A model generated the notes under the pieces. It had not been told where the DNA came from and ran no database searches. It saw nothing but the letters and a program-made list of their open reading frames with translations. The translations under genes were made by a program, and so were the position numbers. A stretch of 64,000 bases of DNA from positions 2,056,925-2,120,924 of the forward strand of contig CM082583.2 of NCBI GenBank assembly GCA_040954595.2, given 5' to 3'. Shown here piece after piece: positions 36,185-48,600 of this stretch (position 1 is the first letter of the stretch; every line of letters begins with the position of its first letter). The stretch comes from Balanoglossus misakiensis (lineage: Eukaryota; Animalia; Hemichordata).

Positions 36185-39100
36185 TTGTTTATTCGGTAAA
36201 TATAGGCCACCGGCCTTCCTTACAATCGATACAGTAAACATACAGACCAACTTAAGGTCAGCTATACATTACACGTTACTGAACATTTATAATATCTTGT
36301 AGCAAATTTTCACTTAGTTTGAAACTGTAAAAAATAAACTTTATAATAGTACTGGGATGTTGAGAACTAAGGATATTTATAAATGTTGCTTCTGTTGGTA
36401 TGGCATGACAGTAAGAAGGAAGAAAACGTTTCCTCAAGTCCTCGTATATGGGGCAAACTAAACAAAAATGAAATTCGTTTTCTATTTGATTTGTACTACA
36501 TAACTGGCAAACTCTTTCTTCCCTTGGAATATTTGGAATCTACCACTCTCTATACGCAAATTGTGATTTGACACTTGAAATTTACATAAAGTCCTTCTGA
36601 ATATCTCCACATTAATAACACCTAAATACTTCTCAAATACAAGATTATTTTTAAAAAGTCGAAATGTATCTAACTTCGAGGTATTGAGCAGGCTTGTTTT
36701 CCATTGTTGGAAGCCAATATCAAAATATCTCTGTTTAAATACAGATAAAAAGAAGCATTCATCACCTACGGCTTGCATGTCCCATAAGTTTGTAGCAAAC
36801 GCTTTACATTATACGCCCAACAATTGTAGCCCTTTTCGGCCATTTCATATTGACATCTTAATATATGTGACATTATCACTATGTAAAAGTTTCAACCAAT
36901 ATTTAACAATGCGGGACAGTCTCGTAACTCGCAAAGGCACTCTACCAAGTTCCCAGAGAACAGCAGAGTTGCATGTTTTAGTGCAAACATTTAAAATAAA
37001 TTTGCAAAAAAGACTATGCACAGTTTCCACATCAGAACCCTCGTGAAAGCCCCAAACTTCGCAACCATACACAAGGATTGGTAAAATTTTACAGTAGAAA
37101 ATTCTAAGTGCAATATTAACGTCTACATTCTTAAAGAGGCTGAGGTATTGTTTAATACCGTACATCACAATTTTAGCATGTTTCGCCAATTTCTCTTGGG
37201 CGCTGGACCATATACCCGAACGAGAGAATTGTAAGCCAAGATAATTAAAATAAGAGACTATTTCTACATTTTTACCATCTAAATACCATTTTTCACAGTT
37301 TTTTAGTCTCCCCCCTTTCCTAAATACCATGACTTTTGTCTTTATTGAATTAACTTTTAACTTCCATTTTTTGCAGTAAATACTCAGTTTATTGAGTTGC
37401 CTTTGCAACCCATTAACGCTGCTAGACGCAGTAACCAAGTCGTCAGCAAATAATAAATACAACAATCTTAACATGCCCACATACACCCCACTAAACAGGC
37501 CGCTTTGCAAGGTTACACCAATATCATCAATAAAATGGTTGAACAAAAGAGGAGATATTACAGACCCTTGTTGTACCCCAAAAATACAATTAAAAAATTC
37601 AGTTACTCCCTGTGGGGTCCTGACACAAGATTTTACATTGGTGTACATGGATTTTAAAACTCTCAGCATTTTTCCTTTCATGCCTAAGTTAAGAAGCTTG
37701 TAAAACATAGCGCTGTGACCTATTCTATCAAAGGCTTTTTCAAAATCGATAAAGGCACAGTATAACTCCATTTTATGCTTAACTAAATTCTTCCATACTG
37801 TAGTGTCTAAAATAAAAATATTATCAGTGGTGCTACGATATTTTCGGAATTCAGCCTGTGCTTGTGAAATAGGGCAGTTAGCTTCAATAAACTCAGAAAT
37901 TCGCTTGTGCATAATGTTACATAAAACCTTACTGGCAACAGGAAGTAATGTAATCCCTCTATAGTTACCAACAGAATCACGAGAAACTTTTTTGTGAAGA
38001 GGGACGATCATACCTTTTACCCATTCTATTGGAAAATTACCTGAATTCAAAATTGCATTACAAAGTTTCAACATGTGACCGGGGGTTGATTTACCTACTT
38101 ACCTGTGACAGGGGGTTGACTTACTTACTTACCTATGTGACCGGGGGTTGATTTACCTACTTACCTGTGACAGGGGGGGGGGGGGGGTTGACTTACTTAC
38201 TTACCTACATACGTTGAGGGCGCTATACACACATATATAGGCACGCACTTCCATACTAGGTCATTCATTATCTGACCTGTGCTCTTTCATTTTGTTACCT
38301 GTATGTGTAGGTGAGTTTACCTTTTACAATCCACTTTAGATAGTGCTAAATATAAGCCATCCAAATATTTGAATACCTGGTATTGCTTTAGTTGATATTT
38401 ATAGTTGTAGTGGGGGAATTTACTTTATTCTTCTTTAGTTATTTATACTTGTTTTTGGCATTTAAAAATGTGGTGATGTGTGCTTCATGACCGATTCAAC
38501 TTAACTCATGTAACAGATTCATTATTTGACCCGTGCTCTTTCATTTTGTTACCTGTATGTGTAGGCCTACCTGTGCTGTACTATATGTTATGTATGACTT
38601 ATACGGCCGAAATAAAAAGTCGAACCACCAGAAGTGACAACCACAATTTTTCCGAGCATGGTGTATTATTTGCTGACCCTAAATGGGCAAGCTACACAAA
38701 CAGAATCTATTTAAATTCACGACTGCTATACTTAAAGAATTCTACAGGGATTCCATGGAACCCCGCAGCTTTACCCAGCTTTAATTTCTGGATTGACCAG
38801 TCAACTTCATCCATTGTGATCTCGTCATCCAGTATACTAGTGTTTATAGAACTGTCAACAACTGAATTACTATTTACAAAATCTTCTGAAGAAAATGAAT
38901 TATTAACAAATTCGTCAACTTCTTGGTAAAAATCCGAAAAGTTATCGTCTATATTTCTTGGGGTATTAAACAGTGTTGTAAAGTACTCAATCCATTCCTG
39001 TGGTGAAATAGTATCAGGAGCACAGGGAGTGTAGGGTCTCAACATCGACCAGAATCGTTTAGAGTTGGTATCCTTGGCAGCTTCAGCAAAGTTCTTCTGT

Positions 39101-39330
39101 TTCAAGATGTCGTAGCTTTTCTTTTTTTGTCTTAACGTGTCACGATAGTTACGTTGTTTAGCTTTAAAGTCACTGTAAGAAGTTGCACTAAGCATACATT
39201 TGTGTATTTTCAAAGCTCTTTTGACTTCCCATTTCAATTTGCTACAATCTTTGTCCCACCATCCATTTTTCTTTACACAATTCTTATCGGTTTTTCTTTT
39301 TACCATACATTGGAGAGATGTGTAAATTAA
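36185..39330 (-). mobile_element. Degenerate 5'-truncated non-LTR retrotransposon (RTE-X/CR1-group-like), split by an insert at ~38075-38700
   Basis: ORF pieces 38707-39306 (KLGKAAGFHGI), 36845-38074 (NYRGITLL, FIDFEKAFD, GVQQGSVISP, LLFADDL, YGCEVWG, ELGRVPL) and 36482-36778 (NHNLRIESGR). Clade assignment is tentative. Confidence 0.88.
38074..38207. repeat. ~30-32-bp minisatellite, 4 copies
   Basis: tgtgac(c/a)gggggttga(t/c)ttac(c/t)tacttacc repeated. Confidence 0.85.
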
Positions 39331-39477
39331 ATTATTTTAATTGTGTGTTATTTAATTTATAGTATTCTTCCCACATGACCTACAGTACAGGCCTGAGGGT
39401 CGTTCATTGAATATGAGTTAACGATCGACCGACCAATACGTGTACCTTATGAGCTGTAACAGCTGTTGACTCATATG

Positions 39478-39667
39478 ACTGTAAAACGGGAAATTTAGCG
39501 AATGAGAGCCAAAAAAACGCGATAATAAATAAAGAGTCGCCAAGGACAATGTGTACAATAGAATGTAATTCGGAGATAAACAGAACGCGAAAATAAATCG
39601 TCGCAGAATCGTCACCTCTGTTCATATCGCGAAGCTTTTCAGTCGCGAAAAATTCCCGTTTTACAGT
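39478..39667. mobile_element. Small MITE
   Basis: TIR actgtaaaacgggaaattt.gcga / tcgcgaaaaattcccgttttacagt. Confidence 0.6.
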
Positions 39668-42600
39668 ATGATCATTTGATGCGCTTTGAGGACTCGTGTG
39701 GTCGATGAAATATATCATTTACCGGTCCGAAATTCTCTAGATATTCTGATTCTGTGTTATACTTCCAGTGACGGCATGCAATAAAGACCTATAACAACTA
39801 AGTGTAGCGCACACACCCATGGTTCTGTCTCCATTCAAGATGAAACTTGGGTTGAAGACTTTGATCAGAGAAAGGATTTTTCACAAAAAAAGCGATAGAA
39901 GTTATTGTGTTAATTTTGTGAAAAAAGACGACAAGGTGACTACGGCGTGTTAATGGTTATAGGAGAGAACTGCCGTAGGCCAGCTCTGCAGTGTTTCTCC
40001 AACGGAGTTTAAATACAGCTAGTGCTGCAGTATTGTTTTAAAACAGATGACAGTTTTTGTTTGTAAAACTGACAGAGAAATCGCGTTCCTAATGAATAAA
40101 ATCATGATCGTTCTCGTCCAACTGATGTGGTATTTACACCGAGTCCTGTTCCCCCGCAGTGGCACCTGTTTGATCCAAGAATTCCTAGGACATATCCATT
40201 GCAGCTGTTTGTTGTATATCCTTCGAAGGAGCTGGTGCGCGTTGTAGCCAAGGTGGATGCATTGCTCCATTTGCCAGTTCTCTTCCCCGCGCCGCCCAAT
40301 CGTGTCCCTCTGCAATCGACGAAATCTGCCCCAAGGCCCCTTCGAAATCGCCCTTGTATTCTTCCACGTGTTTCCGAAACGTACGGTTAAAGTAGTCGTA
40401 CAGCTTCACGTCGTTAAACCTGGCGACCATTTCCCTCAGCGCGGGCGTCAGAGGCGCGGGCTTCTCCTTGTGCAGCTTGCAAAAGGAGTGTTACGGCACG
40501 CTGGCCGTTGAGGGCAGTAAGAAAAAATAGACTTACTGAATGGCTCGCTTTGATGAACCAACCGGCGCCCACGCAACAAACACGGTCAACAACAGTCACA
40601 CCACAACGCTATTTCCTTACTTATGGAAACTTTTAATTATTAAAACTAAAGCATTGATAAATATAACCTGATTGTGCACTGAAAAAAACACAAAAATAAG
40701 TGACTACCTTAAATGTGACTAGGTGTGGAAATAAAAGACTAAAGTCCAATATTCCGTTCCGACGGCGAAGTTCAGTCCGAGTAGCGCTCTGGCAAAAATC
40801 CAGCGGTAGACTGCACGGCTTCCAGGCCAGTTTCACATGAGACAGCACGGCTTCCAGGTGCGGCTACCAGACCAGTACAACGTGAGACGGTACCAAAAGG
40901 AGCACAATCCCGATAGGCTTGTGTCCCTAACTATTAAGTAAACACCTGGCGAACGCGAGTACAGACAGGTTAATCAGATATACGCGTGGGAGGAGTCAAT
41001 TGATTTGTCATAAAATCTACTCGACGCATTTATAGTCGTGGTAAACCGCGTCACTAAACCCCAAAATTCATTCCTGGGCACAATATGAAGAGCCGTCGTT
41101 GCTCCGCGTTTGTCGCCCTGCTCATATTCGCCAGTGTCTTGGTGGGCACCGAGGCATTCTACGCTTTGCTGAGTAAGTCCGAAAGCCCACAAGATGACCA
41201 CACTCATTACACAATGTCCCACGAAGCCTTACTGACTGTAATGGCCAAATATCTGGAAGACAACCCTCGGACAGGAAGTTCCGTACAGCCCGGTGATTTA
41301 GTCGGACTTGATCCGTTGACCTCGGCAAGTCTGTGTACAGCCTACTATGGGGGGGGGGGGTGTATTCGTCTCCTTTTCTATCTCAAAACCCAGAAATTTA
41401 GATGCATTGCTGTGGACTTGATAGATAGCGAATAACTGCTAAAAACAGCCCCTGACTTCTCAAATCCCCGTATGTTCGCATTAGTGGATGCGTCATGGTG
41501 AATTACTTTATAATGTGTCAATATCTTATTCTCAATATGTATCTTTGTATCAAGTAAATACATTTAATATGAAATTAAGCTGGGCTTTGAAATCATGTTC
41601 AGCATTTTCGCGCACGGCGATAGTCCTGTATTCAGGCAACGGTGGGCTGAATAAACGGGTGCGGCACATTCCACTTGTTGCTGTGAACAGCTGGGTGATT
41701 GGGGAAAGTTGTTTGCTTCAGGATAAATAAGGAAGATATGAGAGGGGGGTAAGTGCTAAAGCCGGCTTCTTGGTTTCCCATGTTACATGTTAGCATGTAC
41801 GTTACATCTAGCTCCATACACATAACACAATAGTGTGACAAAAGTGTCAGAAATACATACTCACATATAAATTAATATTCTTATTTTCTTCAAAGAGGGA
41901 CAAGTTTCTGCCATACCCTTAGAAGAAGCTATAGAAGAAATGGTCGACGGCAATCTGATGTCGATTTCTATGAATATTCATCTCCAGGGGCGCATGTAAA
42001 TGCAGAAAATTTCAAAAAAGGTAACAAGTATTTAAGCGAACAATATCCGGGAATATCCCCATAAGATTTTGTGTGTGTCTCAAAATGTGTTTCCCCTTTC
42101 TTTTATATTTTGAACACAAAATGAAGGAATGATTTCAAACAATAAACTGCTATACAAAGTGAATCTTAAAGTTCATAACGCGAACAAGAAAGACTTAGTG
42201 ATTTGCAATAAAGACGTACAAACTTACATTTGTTTTTGTTTTTTCTCGAGAGAGTAGCTATTTCATTTACACAAACTTTACCGTCATGTAAATTCTACCT
42301 GTGGTGTAAATATCATTCTCCTGATAGTTGATTCATATGGCCTTAATTTGTACTAGTAGTGATTACCATTTATTTTTATTTGAAAATGTACATTGTCTGT
42401 CATATTTTGGGGTACATCGTAAATGTTACAATATTTTTTCTAGTTTGACACAATTTACTGTAAAATACATTGTGTCAAACTAGAAAAAATATCCAATGAT
42501 TAAACCAGCATAACTCTGAACTGGTGATTTCAATATTCATTAACCAATCACACTTTATTATTGGAAAACTAACAGGTAACCGTCGACTTCAAAACACCCG

Positions 42601-43910
42601 TGACGTCATCATCCAGCTCTTGCAGGAGTCAGAGCCTGACTACTCGTCAGCCAGAAATTTGATTGGAGAATATTTGCATATAGTTCAAGATTTCTATAGC
42701 AACGCAAACTGGGTGGAAATGAACGGCCCGGTTGCATACGAAGACTTGGGTAATTGATATATTAAAACATTCCAGAATGAAATCTTGTAGTTATATTGTA
42801 TTTGGTGTTAGGCTACACGGGCAGTGGTCAGGTACCGTTGACGCTAACCATGTTCCCCTAAAGGGGCAAACGACATTTGGGTGAAAGGTTGGTCTTATTC
42901 GCTACAAAGTAGAAACAGTCAACTGACAAGTTATTTCGCCGACAAGTTGGGTATTGATTTTTTTGGCATTTATGATTTATGCGTAGGATTATCGGGAGTG
43001 GACATTCTTCCAGTTACTAAGGGCAACGAATATACGTGCAAGGATTGTGACGACAGGTATGTAAGAACAAAATCGCAATATAGACTGTTATTGATACGTT
43101 TTGCGTTTCTTTCCCTCTTCAATAGTAAATAATACTGTTAGAATTCGAAGGGGTAAACCCTGGTGAACAAACACAGTGTGAATACCTAGGTTGTCGACCA
43201 ACAGTTAGGCTAAGCAGGTGTTCGAGGTGAAAACGCCCTCTAGAAATACGTAGGATAGATCATGATTTATTTTGTCACGACCCAAGGAAACTAATACTGC
43301 GCCTCCAGAGCTTCTATAAATGGAAATGTCGTAAATACCACAGGGCGGCTGTTTACACAGCTATTTCTTTGTCAGATTTATGAAACTCTTACCACTTGAT
43401 GAGTCACATGAGAACTAAACAGAAGTGGAGTTTAACCCCCTCCTTGTGCTTATTCCTATTCAGTACTGTGATTTATCATCAAGGCGTTAACTTTAAGTGG
43501 AACCTTGTATGTGCATGAACAGGGCCATTACATGCGTTATGTACCACAATCCAAAATCACAACACACTTTCATTATCTGACTGTGGTCGGCCAATCTTAA
43601 TGCCGTTTGACTGACAACAGACAACACCAACGATCTCGGCTCTATGAAAATCGGCCCAAACAGGTCCAAGAATAAAGAATTACACCACACAACGACAGTA
43701 GTTGGCTTTATAAACACACACAACATAAAGTTATCGACGAAAAAGTACACTAGCTTTTGAAACGATGATTTTGGGAGAAATCTGGTTTCAGTGCTTTTCA
43801 GAAGGCGTCCCTGGGAAACAATAACCACGCCATTCAAACAGTTGTTTGTAAATCGCGTGGAAGTGTAAAGTGTTCAATTATTTTCTGTGTACATGAGAGA
43901 AATTACACCA

Positions 43911-44218
43911 CAGGGGACTGCAAATATGAAAGTTATAAATGGCGAAGTACGTTCTGTTCTGCGTTTTCCCAACCTGTCTTATCATTTGCTAATCCAGAAT
44001 AAAAGCTATCAATGGCTATGGATGGGGCACACAGATTAAGTCGTTAGCAGGTGCTTAATAGGAAATGCTATAGCTTGTATTCTGGATTAGCAACTAATAA
44101 GGCAGGAGGGAGTAACACAGGAAAAATAACAAGCACAGAGACTGTTCAGCAAGTACTGTTTATTGGGGGGAAATGCAGGAACTCCGCCATTTATAACTTT
44201 CATGTTTGCAGCCCCCTA
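43911..44218. mobile_element. MITE (intronic)
   Basis: TIR caggggactgcaaatatgaaagttataaatggcg / cgccatttataactttcatgtttgcagcccccta. Confidence 0.7.
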
Positions 44219-44471
44219 TGATTACACAGTCATTATGCACGACGACCACTCCCAAATAAACAACTATACAAACACACGTTAATCCGAACCCCGGTACTTT
44301 CCGCACCGGGGTTTAAGCTTGTTCACTCTCACTCCGACAAGTTCGCTTGTGGTGTCCGGAATGTGGGGACACGGAGTAAAGTAAGCAAGGTGCCGTGCCT
44401 AGTGAAGGTCGTGCATGTCAGTAGCATTATTACTGTGGTTAAAATTAGGGGGGAATCCCACTTCTGTTTAA

Positions 44472-44773
44472 AGCACGTAGCTCGTCTCACGCGCATGCGC
44501 GTAAATTCCCAGCAAATGTTCCGTTCGATGCATTCAAATAGTGGACTGCCTTCGCTTCCTTCCATATTTCATGCGCACCGTATAAGTAGACTCTGGGTTT
44601 GTCACTCCTTTTCACCCAAGCTAGTGTCTTTTCCCGATTTCCGACACATATTATGGTCGCCGCCATCTTATCTGTTGTTAGGACAGAGCACTGCCTTATG
44701 GGATTGACTGTTCACTAAACGTCTGTAACCAGCGGCTACAGCTGGAACATGCGTGTGAGACGAGCTACGCGCT
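44472..44773. mobile_element. MITE with TTAA TSD (Kolobok-like)
   Basis: TIR agcacgtagctcgtctcacgcgcatg / catgcgtgtgagacgagctacgcgct, flanked by TTAA. Confidence 0.7.
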
Positions 44774-45032
44774 TTAAATAATCACGCAATAGAAGACTCG
44801 TGCGTGGTCATGTTGGGGTAAAATGATCAATGCTGTTGGAGTCAGGTTATTTCATTGCTTTCCAAGCCCAATGATTACAGAACTAATAAATTTCCCCCTG
44901 AGATCAAAGATTAAAGGTCTTAACCTATTGTGTTCATTCATATCCCATAGCTATAGTTTGCATAATATTTCATTTATGACAGTATACCTGGCGACTGTGA
45001 TAATAACCTGATTATTGAAGCAGATACACATA

Positions 45033-45620
45033 GGCTGCATTCACAAACACCTCTGGAAGGGGGGGGGGCAGGAGAATTGAGGGGGGATTTGAAAAAAATT
45101 GAGGGTATGTAAGGGGGGATTTGAAATAATTTAGGGACTGAAAGGGGGGGGACTTGAAAACTTTGACGACTAAATATTTATTTTGAGTCCACAAAAATGC
45201 AGTTTCGCGCCGTTTATTTTACAAAATTTTCTAATGGGGGAGGTGGACACCCCCTCCCACACCCACCCCCTCCATTAATCAACACCTTCCAATCATTGAT
45301 TGGTTTATCTAGTGTCCCAGGTCAGGGGACTTGACCCCACCGCATGATAACTTTGAGCGGCAACGGTTAAATTTGTCCTCCCGAACATACCAGTAGTTGA
45401 GTTAGTTTGCTTTTGCCAGGTTCATTAAAATGTAGCTTTGAGCTCTGTATTTTATAAAATTTTCTTACGTGAAATCCCCCCCCCCCCATTTTCTTTCACA
45501 GAGCAAAACACATCACCTAGTATCTATCTTGTAAAAAAAGAAAAACAGCGCTCCCATTTTTTAAGTATTTGTATTCTGTGTTGGGAGACAACCCCCTTCA
45601 ATTCTCGGTTTACAGTGTCT
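45033..45620 (-). mobile_element. Partial copy of the 8490-9283 MITE, opposite orientation
   Basis: Reverse-complement match to 8860-9283 plus rearranged pieces. Confidence 0.8.
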
Positions 45621-48600
45621 ATTAACTATTAACTCATTTCTTACATTTCTCATACACTGCTTCCATTGATCTGGAATAGCTTTTTTTAAAATCATGTACT
45701 GAGTAATCCAGTTTCTTTTTTTCTGTAGCTTGTTTAAAAGAAAGTGCTGATCAATGAAATTACCATTAACAAATAAGTCGGCTATATGAATAAATCCAGC
45801 CTCGATCCACTCAGTGAAAAATAAAGGAATGTTATTTACCGTTATATGTGGCCGTTAGATTCATGATGCAGGATATATTGATAAGCTAGCGGAGTACTTG
45901 GTATATTAGCATGCTGTATGGAGTAGAACAAGAAATTGCATTTAGTACACAGAACAAAAATACTGAAATTACAGCCAAAAGATACAGCTTATGTCCCTTT
46001 AATGTGAGTGCCAATGTCAAATAGTGTTATATAAACACAAACAGGCAAAGACGGTCTGGGAAAGTGCTCGCATGGGGGTGTATATGACAGTACGAAGAGG
46101 TACACGGCAACGGGCGGGATCAACAAAGAATCACGTGACCTGTCTCTATCTCCACACAACTCGTTACATCAGGATGCAGCAACATCGGCCAAATTTGCCT
46201 CCGAAAATTTCTTCCTGGCTGACGGTGAGAATATGTTTTATTTACGTTTATAGCAACGGAAAGGGAATCAAAATGTGAAGAGTAATTTCATGGCTTCATA
46301 AACATGCACGTCTAAGCATAGTATTGACATAAAGCTAAGCATTTTGCGTAACATATATATGACAAGCGCCCATCTATTTTTACCTATGTTCGTTTACTTT
46401 TTGCTGACACATTTCTGGTAAAAACGTTAGAAAACAAGGAAAATGCAATGTTTCTCTCATGATTCTGGCATATAACCTGAGTGGTGGGCAGGTAGTCACA
46501 TATAAATAAGATATCCTACAACTTCGCTTGTTTTCTAACATTTTTGCCACGCATGACCCAACAAAAAGTAAATGAGTGTACATGTACATATAGGGTATGG
46601 GCTTCGTTACCATATCAGCGACGAGGCCTTTCTTGAACTTTTCAACCTCCGACAAAACAGTTCCAAGTCCCTCAGCATCGCCATGGACGTCACCGGAAGC
46701 ATGTCTGACGATATACAGGCGGCCAAAGAGGAATGCTACCGATTGATTGATTGATGAGCGAGTGGGCACAGTTAATGAACCGGCCAATTATGTACTGGTG
46801 CCATTCAGCGACCCAGGTTAGTCTTGTCTGACGGCTTTATGCACACCAAGAGGGTGGCTTACATTGAGCGGCTTCGCCCGTAATGTTTGTTGCTTTTCTG
46901 ATGAAATGTAGTTGAAGTTGGTTAGTTTCTAGTCTGCAGACATGACTCACTGTATCCTTGTCTATGGCAGCCACTTCGTAACCTAAAACAATCTTGTACA
47001 TTATTACCGAAATCAGGCGGTATTAAGCATATAATTGACGCATGTTGCATAATATGCAGAATATTGTAGGCTAATCATATAAATGTTACCAATATAGTGT
47101 TTTTACCTCTATTTTCTTCAACCTTACGCCAGACTACGGCCCGGTGTATGTCACTACAGATGCTGAAACTTTCAAAGCCGCGATAAGTAATTTAAATGCA
47201 AACGGGGGCGGTGATTGTCCCGAACTGGCGATGTCTGGGACGGAACTTGCCGTACAGCACAGGTACGTATGTAAAACAAAACCGAAACAGTTGTGAGATG
47301 CATTTAGCTTGAGAGTTATTGAAAATGAAATTCATACAGATCATCAGCTTCTTTGATTATAGTTGCAAGTACATTAAACTTGTGGTCGTTATTTTCCCAC
47401 AGTCTACCTTATGATATGGCGAGGAAGTGTGACAAGTTTTGTTGCACAGTTGCTTAGCGGAATTTATCTTCAATGTATGAGTTCGGCTGCGACATACGGA
47501 CACCATCATTCCGTACGTTTGTTCGTGTATACACAGTCATGCAGAGTCGATTTCCAGGGAATAGTTGACGGAAATCAACTGTTGCCTGGCCAGGAAAAAG
47601 TATCCGAAACCTGCTAACAGCACAATTCTTTTAGTCTGCCAGGTTCAGATCTGTTCGTGTTTACCGATGCAAGTGCCAAAGACACCAACAAAACGGAATA
47701 CGTTCGTGATTTCGCCCTGGAACGAAATGTGCGGGTTACTTATCGGCTGACCGGGACTTGCGGGTATGCTCGCCGATCAGTTGGGTCAATGGCTCGTGGT
47801 CAGTCTCAAGGTAGGGTGTTATTGCTCCACGGAATTCAGTATAAAAGCGTGCGTGCATGGTTTCATAACAAAGAAAAAATGTATTCCTTCTGGGGCAATT
47901 CAAATAAGTAAAGTGTATTCACCTGAAGATGCAATCGCGGATCCAACCAAAGTTTGAAAAACATTTTAAGGTGGCAATGTTAGTGTCAGTGGATGGGAAT
48001 GGTTGATGGCAACTCCCTGACAGAGTAAAATGCCTTGGTCATTTGATCTAAAAACCACCATGATAATCGTTCTGATCTGCTTCAATGCTCTTCCATTCAG
48101 CAGATCACGTTCCCAGTCGGAGAGAGCACTCTCGAAGGAAGCGCAGTTTAGACGCTTATCGGTCAATTTCCGAGGCGACCGGTGGAGTGGTTCTTGAAGT
48201 GACCAAATAGGAGTTGAAAGGAGCAACGGAGATCATCAACCTCAGCTTTGAAGGAGCCGAAGTCTACATTCTCATCGTCGATTTGACTGGAAGTGTCACA
48301 GTCACATTTCCGGTGGACAACACTGTTTCCCGGGTAGAGATCGCCGTCTCTGCATCGGACGCAACTCTCAGCAAGATAGACTACGCCCTCACGGATCCAA
48401 ATGTTAAATACTACTAGTATTCTGGTTTGTCAACTCCTGTTCATTGGCTTCAAAACTTCATTCGTTGACTGTTTCAGATTGTAATAAGGCAAAAAGTGAG
48501 TATCTGACCAAGCAATGACATTTGTAGAAATCTATTTGTAGAAATCTATAGATTTTAGACTTGGGGTAGACTATATGTTTTAGGCTAAGTCATGCAATTA

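Noticed and set aside
38095-38170. U1 snRNA (TACTTACCTG)
   Set aside because: Only the 10-nt motif within a minisatellite; no U1 body or Sm site.
42430-42492. Intronic hairpin as pre-miRNA
   Set aside because: AT-rich perfect inverted repeat, more simply a collapsed MITE; no expression evidence.
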